From a virus: DNA of 64,000 nucleotides. This document shows, piece after piece, positions 16,003 through 25,983 of this stretch (position 1 is the stretch's first letter; every line of letters begins with the position of its first letter). The notes beneath the pieces were generated by a model that ran no database searches, had not been told where the DNA came from, and saw only the letters and a list, made by a program, of their open reading frames with translations. A program made the translations under genes and the position numbers. The DNA is taken from the IMG/VR virus record IMGVR_UViG_3300011013_000009, positions 1-64,000 of that record. One strand, given 5' to 3'.

Positions 16003-16091
16003 TGATAAAACTAAAGTCTATATTAAACGAAATAGGAGATGCCTTGGTTGCTCCTTATATAACAATATCCATTCCTAGGCTTGGAGATTAG
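16002..16091 (+). pseudogene. truncated MIKLKSILNE-tagged ORF (29 aa)
   Basis: First 25 nt identical to 15541-15565; early stop. Confidence 0.5.
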
Positions 16092-16277
16092 TGTATGGCC
16101 TGAAGTTTACCTGAAAGGGCGTACTTATAAGCGTACTAACGTACTACGCTATATTTATTATAAAAAGTCTCCATATGGATAACGCAGGCGATATATTGAT
16201 GGAAATACAAATAATATGCCTCACTATATTTATGTGGAAATTGTATAGGTATATACTATATAAAGAAGGTAAAGAAA

Positions 16278-16925
16278 ATGATTAAATTAAAAGATTTATT
16301 AAAAGAGCAAAATTCATTTTTCGAACCAATTACGGGAATAGGATCACCAAAAGCTGGTACCAAGGCTGGTTCTGCATTTGTTAAAGCTGGAGAAAAAGCT
16401 GCAGATTTTGCAATAGCACGTAGTAAGGATAAGGATATCAACGTAATAACTGATTCTGAATTTCGCGCAGCCATGACAAAATTAGCTAATACGTGGAATC
16501 CTATACGAAATCAATATAAAGGTAAAACTGTAAACTTTTATAAAATAGGTACAGATGAATTGCTAGGCAATTTTAAAATAGAGAATATCATAGTTAAATA
16601 TTATGCCGGCAAAGAAGAGTTAGCGCCATATGTAGTTGTAAGATTATCAGGAGAACATAAAGGAACTGCTTATGCATATGAGCAAGATTTAAAAAGGAAT
16701 ATGTTTAAAGTAGGAAAATCTAAATTAGGTACTTATATGCCAGAAGCTCCATTAATGAATAAAGAGTTAACTAAAAGTATTTTATCAAAATGGCCTGCTA
16801 TCGATCGTATTGCTGGAGAATTATCTAATATAAAAGAGAAACAAAGAGTACCAGATGCAGATTTTACAGCTGCTATAGATTCTGAATTAGGCAATGATGA
16901 TATACAATCTACAAATATAGCTTAA
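16278..16925 (+). CDS. putative internal virion protein (MIKLKDLLKE tag)
   Basis: ORF track; N-terminal tag. Confidence 0.75.
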   Translation: MIKLKDLLKEQNSFFEPITGIGSPKAGTKAGSAFVKAGEKAADFAIARSKDKDINVITDSEFRAAMTKLANTWNPIRNQYKGKTVNFYKIGTDELLGNFKIENIIVKYYAGKEELAPYVVVRLSGEHKGTAYAYEQDLKRNMFKVGKSKLGTYMPEAPLMNKELTKSILSKWPAIDRIAGELSNIKEKQRVPDADFTAAIDSELGNDDIQSTNIA

Positions 16926-16965
16926 ATTAAAAATAACGCAATATTTATAATAAATTGGAAAAAAA

Positions 16966-17298
16966 ATGAAATTAAAAACATTACTAGAAGGATATGCTTG
17001 GGAAAGAAAAGATGGCCAACCATTACCAACATTAAATGATGTTCAGAAAGAGCATAATAAAAAAATATCTGAATCGCCTATACAATATAATCCAAATGAT
17101 TATGAATCTGCAAAACCAAGTAATATTAATTCTCTCTTAGAGGATGCAGAAGAGGAATTGGAATCAGTAGTAAATAAATTGTCGACAGATAGTAATGTAA
17201 GTACTTCAGATAAGTTAGTTTATTTACAAAGTCTTAAAAAAATAAATTATATATTAGATAGATTACAAAATAAAGATTTATCTGGATATTTTGAATAA
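16966..17298 (+). CDS. putative internal virion protein (MKLKTLLE tag)
   Basis: Tag followed by GYAWERKDGQPLPTL; late promoter 16941. Confidence 0.75.
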   Translation: MKLKTLLEGYAWERKDGQPLPTLNDVQKEHNKKISESPIQYNPNDYESAKPSNINSLLEDAEEELESVVNKLSTDSNVSTSDKLVYLQSLKKINYILDRLQNKDLSGYFE

Positions 17299-17310
17299 AA
17301 GGAAGAAATA

Positions 17311-17655
17311 ATGGAAGACCCTACATTAATCGGAATATTGGTTACATTATTAGGAGCATTTGGTGTTAAAGAGATTTGGACCATATGGAAAAAGAAAATC
17401 GATATCCAAGGACAAAAAGATTTAATAACATTAAGTAAAGAACATCAAATATTACATGGAGTTATAGAAGAGCAAAGAAATACAATTGAAGATATGACAA
17501 AAAGAATTGTATTGTTAGAAGATAAAATTGATCAATTAATCGAAGATAATAAAGATTGTGCTATTAAATTAGCTAGGATGGAAGAAAGATTAATATTATC
17601 AGCTAAACAAAGATCAACCAGAAAACAAAAATCAAAAAACGGTACATCAAAATGA
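17311..17655 (+). CDS. membrane-anchored coiled-coil protein (possible holin/lysis)
   Basis: N-terminal TM helix then heptad coiled coil. Confidence 0.55.
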   Translation: MEDPTLIGILVTLLGAFGVKEIWTIWKKKIDIQGQKDLITLSKEHQILHGVIEEQRNTIEDMTKRIVLLEDKIDQLIEDNKDCAIKLARMEERLILSAKQRSTRKQKSKNGTSK

Positions 17656-17957
17656 TTAAGCTAAAGAATTTATTAAAAGAAAAATATTCACACGAAGATT
17701 GGAAATCTGGCGCTACCGGAGAAATGTCTGGATATTATTTAATGAAACAATTAAATGATTTAGCACACGATGCCGAAAGATCAGAAGAGCATGATTTAGC
17801 AGATGCATATGAATGGTTACATGGTAGAATAAATCAATCTTATAGAGATATTGATCTTAATATAGTAGATATACAAGATTTATTAAATGAACCTGCGGGC
17901 AGAAAACATTGGAATAATTTGCCAATTGAATATTTGGAAGATTTATTTAATTTTTAA
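17652..17957 (+). CDS. putative internal virion protein (MIKLKNLLKE tag)
   Basis: ORF track; tag. Confidence 0.75.
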   Translation: MIKLKNLLKEKYSHEDWKSGATGEMSGYYLMKQLNDLAHDAERSEEHDLADAYEWLHGRINQSYRDIDLNIVDIQDLLNEPAGRKHWNNLPIEYLEDLFNF

Positions 17958-17959
17958 TT

Positions 17960-18469
17960 ATGATTAAATTAAAAGATATATTATCAGAAGCATTGCCAGA
18001 TGTTCCTATGACAATGGGATTTCGTAAACACGAAAATTATGAAGATCAAATCGTAGAACAATTTTTAAGATTTTATCAAAATGATGGCGGAAATAAAACC
18101 GGAAGATTTATTGATATGGCATCGCAACTAGTTGATACATATGGGGCGGAAGCAGTACAACAAAATTTAGAACGAATTGACGACTTATCAAATCAAATTA
18201 ACGAATTAATAAAACCAATTTATAAAGGTGCTGGACATAGTGTAAAAACTCCATTAGATTCTGGAGCAAATGCAACTATATGGAAATATCTAGATGATGC
18301 ACATGAAACAGTAAATGAAATAATAAATAATAGTACATTTAATGGATGGCCAATAGATACGGTTATAGCCGAACTAGATGGTTTATATAATACATTAGAC
18401 GAACTAAAAATGATATATACAACCAATTACGGCCCAGAACCTGAAAAAAGACAGGTAGGAATGGTATGA
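17960..18469 (+). CDS. putative internal virion protein (MIKLKDILSE tag)
   Basis: ORF track; tag. Confidence 0.75.
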   Translation: MIKLKDILSEALPDVPMTMGFRKHENYEDQIVEQFLRFYQNDGGNKTGRFIDMASQLVDTYGAEAVQQNLERIDDLSNQINELIKPIYKGAGHSVKTPLDSGANATIWKYLDDAHETVNEIINNSTFNGWPIDTVIAELDGLYNTLDELKMIYTTNYGPEPEKRQVGMV

Positions 18470-18906
18470 TTAAATTGAAAGACATATTACCTGAAGCACT
18501 TCGAGATTATGATTCAAATAACATAGATCTCCCAGCAAATGAATTTAATTTAAAAGATTTAACATTTGATGATGTGTTAGGTAACTTCCCTGGAGAGTAT
18601 AAAACCCAACAATTTACAAGAATGCAACCAAATGGACAAGAAGGACCATATTATAGAGACGGAGTATCATTTCCTAAAGTAGGTGATGGTATGACTACAA
18701 TAGGCGATTTGAAATCCTTCGAAGGTTGGAAAAAAGAGTTCTTAACTAAATTTGGAGAAACAATAATTTTATTAGACCCAGACGCAGAATGGTTTGATAA
18801 GGTTAAAATAAAAAATGATAAATTCAATCAACAATCCACTGCTAGTTCTAAAGCAATTTCAAAATATTACACAGATAAACCATCAGGTGGTTTTACTGGT
18901 GATTAG
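18466..18906 (+). CDS. putative internal virion protein (MIKLKDILPE tag)
   Basis: ORF track; tag. Confidence 0.75.
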   Translation: MIKLKDILPEALRDYDSNNIDLPANEFNLKDLTFDDVLGNFPGEYKTQQFTRMQPNGQEGPYYRDGVSFPKVGDGMTTIGDLKSFEGWKKEFLTKFGETIILLDPDAEWFDKVKIKNDKFNQQSTASSKAISKYYTDKPSGGFTGD

Positions 18907-18908
18907 CC

Positions 18909-19049
18909 ATGCCCCACTATAAACTTCTTAAAAATTCATTTACGATCATTTGTGGAAAATGTGATCATGAATGGAACAGGAAAAGAATGCCCGTTACGGC
19001 TACATGTCCTAAATGTAAACATAAAGCAAAAATTAAATCTAGATTATAG
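18909..19049 (+). CDS. small zinc-ribbon protein (46 aa)
   Basis: By hand ...ICGKCDHEWNRKRMPVTATCPKCK... Confidence 0.6.
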   Translation: MPHYKLLKNSFTIICGKCDHEWNRKRMPVTATCPKCKHKAKIKSRL

Positions 19050-19068
19050 TTAGTTATATTTATATAAA

Positions 19069-19926
19069 ATGATAAAGCTCAAAAACATATTATTAAATGA
19101 ACAACAAACTAAAACAGTAAAGGGAGTTGAATATTGGAGAAAAAGTGAAGGTGAACCATGGCAAGCAATAGATAAATGTGTTAAAGGTAATTGTCATCAT
19201 GGAGAAGGAGAAACTATTGGAGAAGATGGATCATTTATTGGCGAATTCAAGAATGGTAAACGATGGAAAGGAATTTTGACAGGACCAAACGGAGATCAAA
19301 TATATGTTAATGGTAAAGCTGAAATACTTAGAGAACCAGAAGAAAAATCAGGAGGATTTTTATCAGTTGCGTTAAACAGTATAATGCCCACTGATTATTT
19401 TAATTTATTACCAGTTAATGCAAAAGCTTGGGTAAAAGATTTAGTAGGAATTAAAAAAACAATTACTTCGAAAGATTTTTCAGTTAATGATTTATTAGTA
19501 TTAATTGAAATTGTTAAACGATTAAAAAAAGAAGGAAGAGTAGCAATACAATATTATGATTATAATAAGATGCTTAGGGATAATAAAATAAAAATCCAAA
19601 AGCAAGGAATTGAGAAGAGTTTTGAAGATTCAATAGCAGGTTCAATATATAGATTACGAACAACGTTAGGACGGGCTCGAATAGGCACAAATTCAGAAGG
19701 ACAAACAGTTATTGTAGATACATTTGATTTTAATAATGTCCTCTCCGGAGAGGGTAGTAGCGCTAGTTCTAAAAAAAGACAACAAGAAAAAATAATCCAA
19801 CAAATTTTAAATAATCCTACAGATCTTAGTTATGATAAAGCAAGAAGGATATCTGGTGCATTTGGTTCTGCAGACGGTGAAGGAGCTTATGTTTATATTA
19901 ATCTAGGAGATGAAGCAGATATATGA
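19069..19926 (+). CDS. putative internal virion protein (MIKLKNILLNE tag) with MORN-like repeats
   Basis: CVKGNCHHGEGETIGEDGSFIGEFKNGKRWKG. Confidence 0.7.
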   Translation: MIKLKNILLNEQQTKTVKGVEYWRKSEGEPWQAIDKCVKGNCHHGEGETIGEDGSFIGEFKNGKRWKGILTGPNGDQIYVNGKAEILREPEEKSGGFLSVALNSIMPTDYFNLLPVNAKAWVKDLVGIKKTITSKDFSVNDLLVLIEIVKRLKKEGRVAIQYYDYNKMLRDNKIKIQKQGIEKSFEDSIAGSIYRLRTTLGRARIGTNSEGQTVIVDTFDFNNVLSGEGSSASSKKRQQEKIIQQILNNPTDLSYDKARRISGAFGSADGEGAYVYINLGDEADI

Positions 19927-20198
19927 TTAAACTAGAAAACATATTAAAAAGTATTCCAAATCAAGAAATAGTTGAATCTGAATTAGGACAATGGGAATAT
20001 CCTGGTAGAATAACAAGAATACCAAGTAATACTATAACAATGCAACCCGATCCTAGAACAGGTAAGCCTATAGAACATATATTATTAATAATAGGAGACC
20101 AAAGCGGAGAAAAAAAGATAGGAATTCCAGGAGGACCTAATTTATTTTTTCCAACAGATACATCAGTTACTGAATATCCTATTAAAAGGCATATGTAA
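19923..20198 (+). CDS. hypothetical protein (MIKLENILKS tag variant)
   Basis: GQWEYPGRITRIPSNTITM motif. Confidence 0.7.
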   Translation: MIKLENILKSIPNQEIVESELGQWEYPGRITRIPSNTITMQPDPRTGKPIEHILLIIGDQSGEKKIGIPGGPNLFFPTDTSVTEYPIKRHM

Positions 20199-20221
20199 CA
20201 TATTTATATAAAAAGGATATT

Positions 20222-20398
20222 ATGAGTAAAAAACAATTAAACGAATGGAATGATGATTCATTTAAAAAATTACCTAAGCGATGGACTAAACATTATAATA
20301 AACCTGATGGAACTGGTTTAACAGAGTTTGAGAAAAAGGGCGGCAAAGATATTCCAAAGAAGAAAACAAAAAACAACCCCAAAAAATTTAAATGGTAA
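20222..20398 (+). CDS. small basic protein (58 aa)
   Basis: By hand MSKKQLNEWNDDSFKKLPKRW...; late promoter 20200. Confidence 0.65.
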   Translation: MSKKQLNEWNDDSFKKLPKRWTKHYNKPDGTGLTEFEKKGGKDIPKKKTKNNPKKFKW

Positions 20399-20402
20399 AA
20401 TT

Positions 20403-21407
20403 ATGAAAAAGAAACAATTATTAAAAGAAAGATTTCAACAATTAGCTGGATTAAAAGAAATTAAAATTTTAAATGAAGAAATTCATCCACCAAAAGAATT
20501 AGCAAATGATCTAGAAAAATGGATTGGTAATTTCGAAGCAATTCCATTTGGATCGGGCCAAGTAAATTCTGTAAGAATTACTGATCCTGTTGATACAAGC
20601 AGTAGAGATATTTTACGCATCGATGGAAATGAAAAAGATGCATATTATGTAATTTGGCCAGGTAAAGATTTCCCAAAAGATCCGGCATTAGATAGTTATT
20701 TTACATCTACTCCTGATAATACATATAAACAACCACACGAAAAAATAAAAGCAGCAAATGCATTTGTATTAGTAGGCCCGAAAGTACAAAAAATATTAAG
20801 CCATGTATCTGCGTTATTAGGACCCAGCGAAGAAGAGGAAGAAGAACCAAGAGCATCGTGGTGTAAGCGAAATTTAAATTCAGATTGGTATTTTGATAAA
20901 TTAATGAATGGATTAGGATATTTAAAAGTTGGTGATTGTGGTGATGCTGTAGAAATAGCACAAGAGCATATGAATGAATTTTTACAAAAAGATTCGGGTA
21001 ACTCAGCTAATATAGTTCCTTTAAATGTAGATGGTAAGTATGGGCCAAAAACAAAAGCTGAAGTTCAAAGAGTACAAAAAGCAATAAATACTAAACCAGA
21101 TGGATATTACGGTAAAAAAACTCACGATGCACTTATAAAATTAATTAAATCTATGACAACTATAGTTAACGAACCTGAAGTAATAGATAAAATGGATATT
21201 CGTGACCCGAATAATGTTTTAGGTAAAAACAAGCCTGAACCAATTAAATTACAAACATTAGCTCCAGTAACATCAGCTGATGATTCTGAGTTTAAAGAAA
21301 AAACAAGAAAAAAATTATTTAAACGTAAAAACAAGAAATCTAAAAAATCTAAATCAACGCCGATATATGATATACCAAAAATGAAAAATAAAACATATGG
21401 TTTATAA
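20403..21407 (+). CDS. peptidoglycan-binding-domain protein
   Basis: Start reassigned to MKKKQLLKERFQQLAGL; LKVGDCGDAVE..Q, VDGKYGPKT, PDGYYGKKT (PG_binding_1-like). Confidence 0.75.
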   Translation: MKKKQLLKERFQQLAGLKEIKILNEEIHPPKELANDLEKWIGNFEAIPFGSGQVNSVRITDPVDTSSRDILRIDGNEKDAYYVIWPGKDFPKDPALDSYFTSTPDNTYKQPHEKIKAANAFVLVGPKVQKILSHVSALLGPSEEEEEEPRASWCKRNLNSDWYFDKLMNGLGYLKVGDCGDAVEIAQEHMNEFLQKDSGNSANIVPLNVDGKYGPKTKAEVQRVQKAINTKPDGYYGKKTHDALIKLIKSMTTIVNEPEVIDKMDIRDPNNVLGKNKPEPIKLQTLAPVTSADDSEFKEKTRKKLFKRKNKKSKKSKSTPIYDIPKMKNKTYGL

Positions 21408-21409
21408 TA

Positions 21410-21595
21410 ATGCAAAAATTTTCTTTAATAAAGTTACATACATTCGATAATGAACCTATTTATATAAACAAAAAATATATCAAGAAAATATATCAAAATT
21501 CAGTAGGTATTATAGTGATACAATTATTAAATGAAGATTCTATTTTTACAAATGAAACTAGTATAGATTTATTAGCTGACAAATTATCAATGTAA
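21410..21595 (+). CDS. hypothetical protein
   Basis: ORF track. Confidence 0.6.
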   Translation: MQKFSLIKLHTFDNEPIYINKKYIKKIYQNSVGIIVIQLLNEDSIFTNETSIDLLADKLSM

Positions 21596-21621
21596 AGTTT
21601 TTTTACAAATATTTATATAAA

Positions 21622-22389
21622 ATGAGTGAAAAATATTTAAGAAATATTATAAGAAATCAATTATTAGCTGTCTTAAATGAACAAGAAATTGAAACTTCTC
21701 CTTTCACAGCAGCTGAAGAAAAGTTTTTAGCAAAATTTGCTGAACTAGGAACTACCTCATTGGGTATAATCTATTCGCCAAATGAAGTTGGAGTGCGTGA
21801 ATTTATCGGAAGAAGTGGGAAAGAACTAAATTTAACACCAAATGTATTAGCAAAGCTTCTTAAAGACAAAATAATTAGCATTATTCCATATGGAGGATAT
21901 GGAAGGAATGACGATTATACATTACAGTGCAACCTTCCACTTGATCAATTAGAAGGAATGAACTCAGGAACAGCAGAAGATGGTGGAGCTGATGGAGCTG
22001 AAGGAGCTGAAGCACCACCACCAGAAGGAGATTTACCTGAACCCCCGGAGGTTCCCGCAGGTCCGCCTGAAGAATCTGCAAGATCAAGCAAGGATATATC
22101 GAAATTATTGGTTTCTGAAGCAAAAAAATCAAAAAAAAAGTCCAAAAGTAAGGTTCATACCAAGAAAGCAAGGACATTAGGTCGATTACCTGGTGGTTAT
22201 GTGGTATATCTAGAACGAATTATTGAAATTTTAGGTCAAAAATTGCATACTTCATTAGAGAAAGAACATTTGGTGGCTGATATACTTGATAATTTAGCTC
22301 ATAATTTTGGTTTAACGCCACAACAAGTATATAAATCATTTATTTTTTATAGATCTCAAAATAGATTACAAAATGTTATTAAAAAATAA
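21622..22389 (+). CDS. hypothetical protein with P/E/G-rich linker, probable virion protein
   Basis: ORF track; late promoter 21609. Confidence 0.75.
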   Translation: MSEKYLRNIIRNQLLAVLNEQEIETSPFTAAEEKFLAKFAELGTTSLGIIYSPNEVGVREFIGRSGKELNLTPNVLAKLLKDKIISIIPYGGYGRNDDYTLQCNLPLDQLEGMNSGTAEDGGADGAEGAEAPPPEGDLPEPPEVPAGPPEESARSSKDISKLLVSEAKKSKKKSKSKVHTKKARTLGRLPGGYVVYLERIIEILGQKLHTSLEKEHLVADILDNLAHNFGLTPQQVYKSFIFYRSQNRLQNVIKK

Positions 22390-22446
22390 AATTATTATTT
22401 CTTGGAAATTACCTAAAAATTTTATATAATATAATAAAAAACAAAT

Positions 22447-22644
22447 ATGGGTTATTACACAGCAAAAGTCCAGTTAGAAGATGATTCATCTGGCAAAGTA
22501 AAAAAAGTAACTGAAATGTATCTAGTAGAAGCTATGTCAGTTACAGAAGCAGAAGCAAAAGTAGTTAAAGACTTTGGAACAACTGCATTTGATTATGAAG
22601 TCAAGGCCGTATCGGCAAGTAAAATCATTAAAATTATAGAATAA
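22447..22644 (+). CDS. DUF4494-like protein
   Basis: GKVKKVTEMYLVEAMSVTEAEAKV matches the Bacteroidota DUF4494 pattern. Confidence 0.75.
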   Translation: MGYYTAKVQLEDDSSGKVKKVTEMYLVEAMSVTEAEAKVVKDFGTTAFDYEVKAVSASKIIKIIE

Positions 22645-22931
22645 TGTATAAATTAGGAGAATCGGTTATTGTCACCGAAAGAAATAAGGACAAGTCAGAA
22701 AGACACCAAGTCGGTGTTATCATAAAACAAAGAAAAATCAAAAAACAGCCGTTTTATGATGTATTGTTAGAGACTAGGAGTGCTAGGATTATTTTAAATA
22801 CTGCTAGGTCAAATAAAACATTTATCAATAGGACACTTTCCGAAAAATTGTGCGAAAGTGGCGACATAGTCGCAACCATTCCATATCATTCTTTAGCAGA
22901 AGAAGATTTATTACCATTTATCGATTCATAA
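22644..22931 (+). CDS. hypothetical protein
   Basis: ORF track; TAATG coupling. Confidence 0.7.
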   Translation: MYKLGESVIVTERNKDKSERHQVGVIIKQRKIKKQPFYDVLLETRSARIILNTARSNKTFINRTLSEKLCESGDIVATIPYHSLAEEDLLPFIDS

Positions 22932-23233
22932 TGGGCCGACCAAGATTACCAGAACTAGAAAAATTACAAAATCGTGTCAAGAAAAGATATCCTGGCGCAT
23001 TTTGTAGCACAAACCCATTTGGGGAGTATTATATTGATTGGAATGGTACAAATTTAAATAATACTTTTCTGTTAGATGATTGTGAGACTGAAGTAGAAGC
23101 TTGGAGACAGGCATCTATAACAGCTAAACACGAACAACATATTAATAGAACACATCCTATGAAACAATGGATGAATGAAGAAAAGAAAAATCAAAATAAA
23201 GAACGAATAACTAAAAGGATAAGAAAACAATGA
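22931..23233 (+). CDS. hypothetical protein
   Basis: ORF track 22850..23233; start moved to ATG 22931 (TAATG coupling). Confidence 0.7.
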   Translation: MGRPRLPELEKLQNRVKKRYPGAFCSTNPFGEYYIDWNGTNLNNTFLLDDCETEVEAWRQASITAKHEQHINRTHPMKQWMNEEKKNQNKERITKRIRKQ

Positions 23234-23622
23234 ATAGTATCAATCAGCCTTGGGCTATATCTGATAAATTTAGACATAAATACGGAACAATTTGGTCTGA
23301 TATGGATTTTAAAGTCAATGAAAAATTAACAAATTATATGTTTAAAACAGACCCGATGAACACATCAGTTGGGACATTAGAAATATGTGGTAAAAGTATA
23401 CCATTAAAATATAAACACTTAATATCATATACAAATACCATTTCAGAATTAGCAAAAGCATTATATTTTGAAAAAGATATATCAAAACATGATAAATTTG
23501 CAATTCCTATAGGAGCAAAAGAGTTTTATTTGAAGAAACACGAAATAGGAAAATTGAATGAAACTTTAGGAGATTCTTTGGCTTGTATAGTTAAAAGTTA
23601 CCAACTAGGACTATATTTATAA
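23230..23622 (+). CDS. hypothetical protein
   Basis: ORF track. Confidence 0.7.
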   Translation: MNSINQPWAISDKFRHKYGTIWSDMDFKVNEKLTNYMFKTDPMNTSVGTLEICGKSIPLKYKHLISYTNTISELAKALYFEKDISKHDKFAIPIGAKEFYLKKHEIGKLNETLGDSLACIVKSYQLGLYL

Positions 23623-23625
23623 TAA

Positions 23626-24063
23626 ATGAACATATATGATAAAATATTAGTAAGTTTGCCGGAATATAATTTCTTTCGTGAACTACCAGATGTTGAAAAA
23701 GTACAATATCTTCTAGAAGTTTATGACATAGAAACAAAGCGTGTTGGAAATAGCATTGTTAATGGATTAAATAATTTTTTTGATGATATTCGTGAAGAAG
23801 ATGTTGAACATGGAATAGAATTTGATTCTATAGAATATGGCAATAAAAAAGATCGTGTTGATATCATGATTGATAATGAAAATATTGTTATAGAATCTAA
23901 TAGTTTAAAAGCATTAAGATATATAGCATATCGATTTGTTGATTCGGGCTATGTTATACTCAGAGACAAAAATACAGAAAAATTATTTCGAGCTGATAAA
24001 GTAACGAGGTATTTGCGAGTATATAAGATACTAGGGCAATCTAATTGTTTGTGTTATAATTAA
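23626..24063 (+). CDS. hypothetical protein
   Basis: ORF track. Confidence 0.7.
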   Translation: MNIYDKILVSLPEYNFFRELPDVEKVQYLLEVYDIETKRVGNSIVNGLNNFFDDIREEDVEHGIEFDSIEYGNKKDRVDIMIDNENIVIESNSLKALRYIAYRFVDSGYVILRDKNTEKLFRADKVTRYLRVYKILGQSNCLCYN

Positions 24064-24069
24064 TTTTAT

Positions 24070-24306
24070 ATGAACCCACGAAATATTGTAACAAAATCTC
24101 CAACCGTAGAATATCAAGACAAAAGATATATTATTAACCGGTTAGTAAAAGAAGTAGAAGAAGAAGATCCAGAATATTGGAAATCTATTATTCCACATGA
24201 TATAGTTTTAAAAAAAGATGGAATGCTTTGGTTTCTTTATGAAATTACTGAGGTGTTCCCTATAGACATAAAACATGGCAAAGAAGAAGAAACAAAAGAT
24301 ACCTAA
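24070..24306 (+). CDS. hypothetical protein
   Basis: ORF track. Confidence 0.7.
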   Translation: MNPRNIVTKSPTVEYQDKRYIINRLVKEVEEEDPEYWKSIIPHDIVLKKDGMLWFLYEITEVFPIDIKHGKEEETKDT

Positions 24307-24805
24307 ATATATTATTAACAAATTTTTAAAACCACAATTCAAAGTAGGTGATATAGTATTATATTCATTCCTAGGAGAAGGTGGTTATGGTAAAATTATA
24401 AGCATAAAAAATGAAAAAGCTGATCACAATGTTAGTTACACGGTTGAGGGGAATGGTTACAAATATCCTTGTGGCCTTAAGATTAAAGAACACAAAAGCT
24501 ACCAATTCGGATACATCTTATATGATGAAACAACAAATCATATCGGACCTCTTACAATCCCCAGAAGGAAAACTAATACAACAACAGATGATAGTAATAG
24601 CGGCAAGCGAACACCTAGAGATGGTAGCAAAATATTATCAAACAATGCCGGAGCCAGATTCGGGACAGAAAATGTTGATAGGGATATCATTACAGACAAC
24701 AGTATCCCAAATGATGAAGGCAGAAAAGATGATAGAGAGTCTTCGGAGCTCGAGTCTGCAATAGATAAACAGAAAGCTTTTTTGCGAGGATTTACTAAAA
24801 AATAG
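24275..24805 (+). CDS. hypothetical protein (KOW/SH3-like N-terminus)
   Basis: FKVGDIV...GKIISI. Confidence 0.65.
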   Translation: MAKKKKQKIPKYIINKFLKPQFKVGDIVLYSFLGEGGYGKIISIKNEKADHNVSYTVEGNGYKYPCGLKIKEHKSYQFGYILYDETTNHIGPLTIPRRKTNTTTDDSNSGKRTPRDGSKILSNNAGARFGTENVDRDIITDNSIPNDEGRKDDRESSELESAIDKQKAFLRGFTKK

Positions 24806-24869
24806 GTTGGATTCTTGAATTTTATTTCTTATTATAATAATGTAATTAAAAATTTAAAAAAATAAAACC

Positions 24870-25352
24870 ATGAAAAAATTAATATTATTAGCAGGAATCC
24901 TTTTAGGATTATTTTTAGGATCAAAAGTTTTTGGACAACAATCAAATATTAAATATCCTAATATCGATAGTTTACAAACAATTGTATATGATGCATTAAC
25001 TAATTTTGATAAATATGAATATTCGTTATTGAATTCTAATATTCAAACAAAAGATACAATGTTATATCATTTTTTCGATGTATTTACTGGCAGTGGCATT
25101 TTTCTAGATACAATGGAGTCAAAAGAATGTATTAAAACTATGATTGATATAGATTTACAATCTTTTATAAAACACGATGATTATTATGTTACATTTTTAC
25201 CTAGAGATGATATGTTTTATAATAATGGTATAGATAAATGGGCGATTATTTCTAAAATGAAATCTGATATATATGACAATGTTCTATACGTAGAATTTTA
25301 TTTTAATTCTGCTAATCAATTTCATTTTGTAAAAGTTACTCATTGTAAATAA
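24870..25352 (+). CDS. secreted/exported hypothetical protein
   Basis: Signal peptide MKKLILLAGILLGLFLGSKVFG-Q; early-type promoter near 24807. Confidence 0.7.
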   Translation: MKKLILLAGILLGLFLGSKVFGQQSNIKYPNIDSLQTIVYDALTNFDKYEYSLLNSNIQTKDTMLYHFFDVFTGSGIFLDTMESKECIKTMIDIDLQSFIKHDDYYVTFLPRDDMFYNNGIDKWAIISKMKSDIYDNVLYVEFYFNSANQFHFVKVTHCK

Positions 25353-25376
25353 TAATTATAGTTTATTATAACAGTA

Positions 25377-25402
25377 AGAAAGCGCTCAATGAGCGCTTTT
25401 CT
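25377..25402. terminator. bidirectional terminator between convergent genes
   Basis: AGAAAGCGCTC-AAT-GAGCGCTTTTCT. Confidence 0.75.
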
Positions 25403-25425
25403 ACATTTAACTAACAATAATATAT

Positions 25426-25983
25426 TTATGTTACATTATAAGACCAGCCTCTGTAGTCATTCCAATCATCAGCTCCTGACATATTAGGTGTTATATTTCC
25501 ACCTTGAGTACGTTTTATGTCTTGTATAACAGGCCATTTTCCCATTACTTTCGTAATGACATCCCAGTCTATTAATTGACTATTATCTTTATTACTACGT
25601 AAAAAGCTAACTAACGCCTGTGCTGGTACCATATCATGCATTTCTTTTGGTATTTTATTAACATCAAAGTAATTCAACAACCGACCTGCTGCGAACTTTA
25701 CATCATTTATAAAAAATTCATACTCGCTTTGTGAAAGATCAACTTCTCCTTGTGCATTTATTGAAGGAACCAATACAGCCTTTAAAACACCCGACCAAGG
25801 TTTCACAACGTGTTCTTTTTGTTTTTTTGTAAATCGATCATACGCCATATATTTTCGTGGCTTTCGGTTAAGAGTAGCAGTTTTTATAACTTGCGGCTCT
25901 CCTTTTTCTGGTGCTGTAGCTTGTTCAGAAAGATTTTTTGTTCCAAATCTTCTCATGTTCTCTTTTAAAATATTTAAATTCAT
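25426..25983 (-). CDS. putative internal virion protein (MNLNILKENMRRFGTKNLSE)
   Basis: Only credible minus-strand gene; reverse late promoter 26017-24 and terminator downstream. Confidence 0.75.
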   Translation of the reverse strand: MNLNILKENMRRFGTKNLSEQATAPEKGEPQVIKTATLNRKPRKYMAYDRFTKKQKEHVVKPWSGVLKAVLVPSINAQGEVDLSQSEYEFFINDVKFAAGRLLNYFDVNKIPKEMHDMVPAQALVSFLRSNKDNSQLIDWDVITKVMGKWPVIQDIKRTQGGNITPNMSGADDWNDYRGWSYNVT

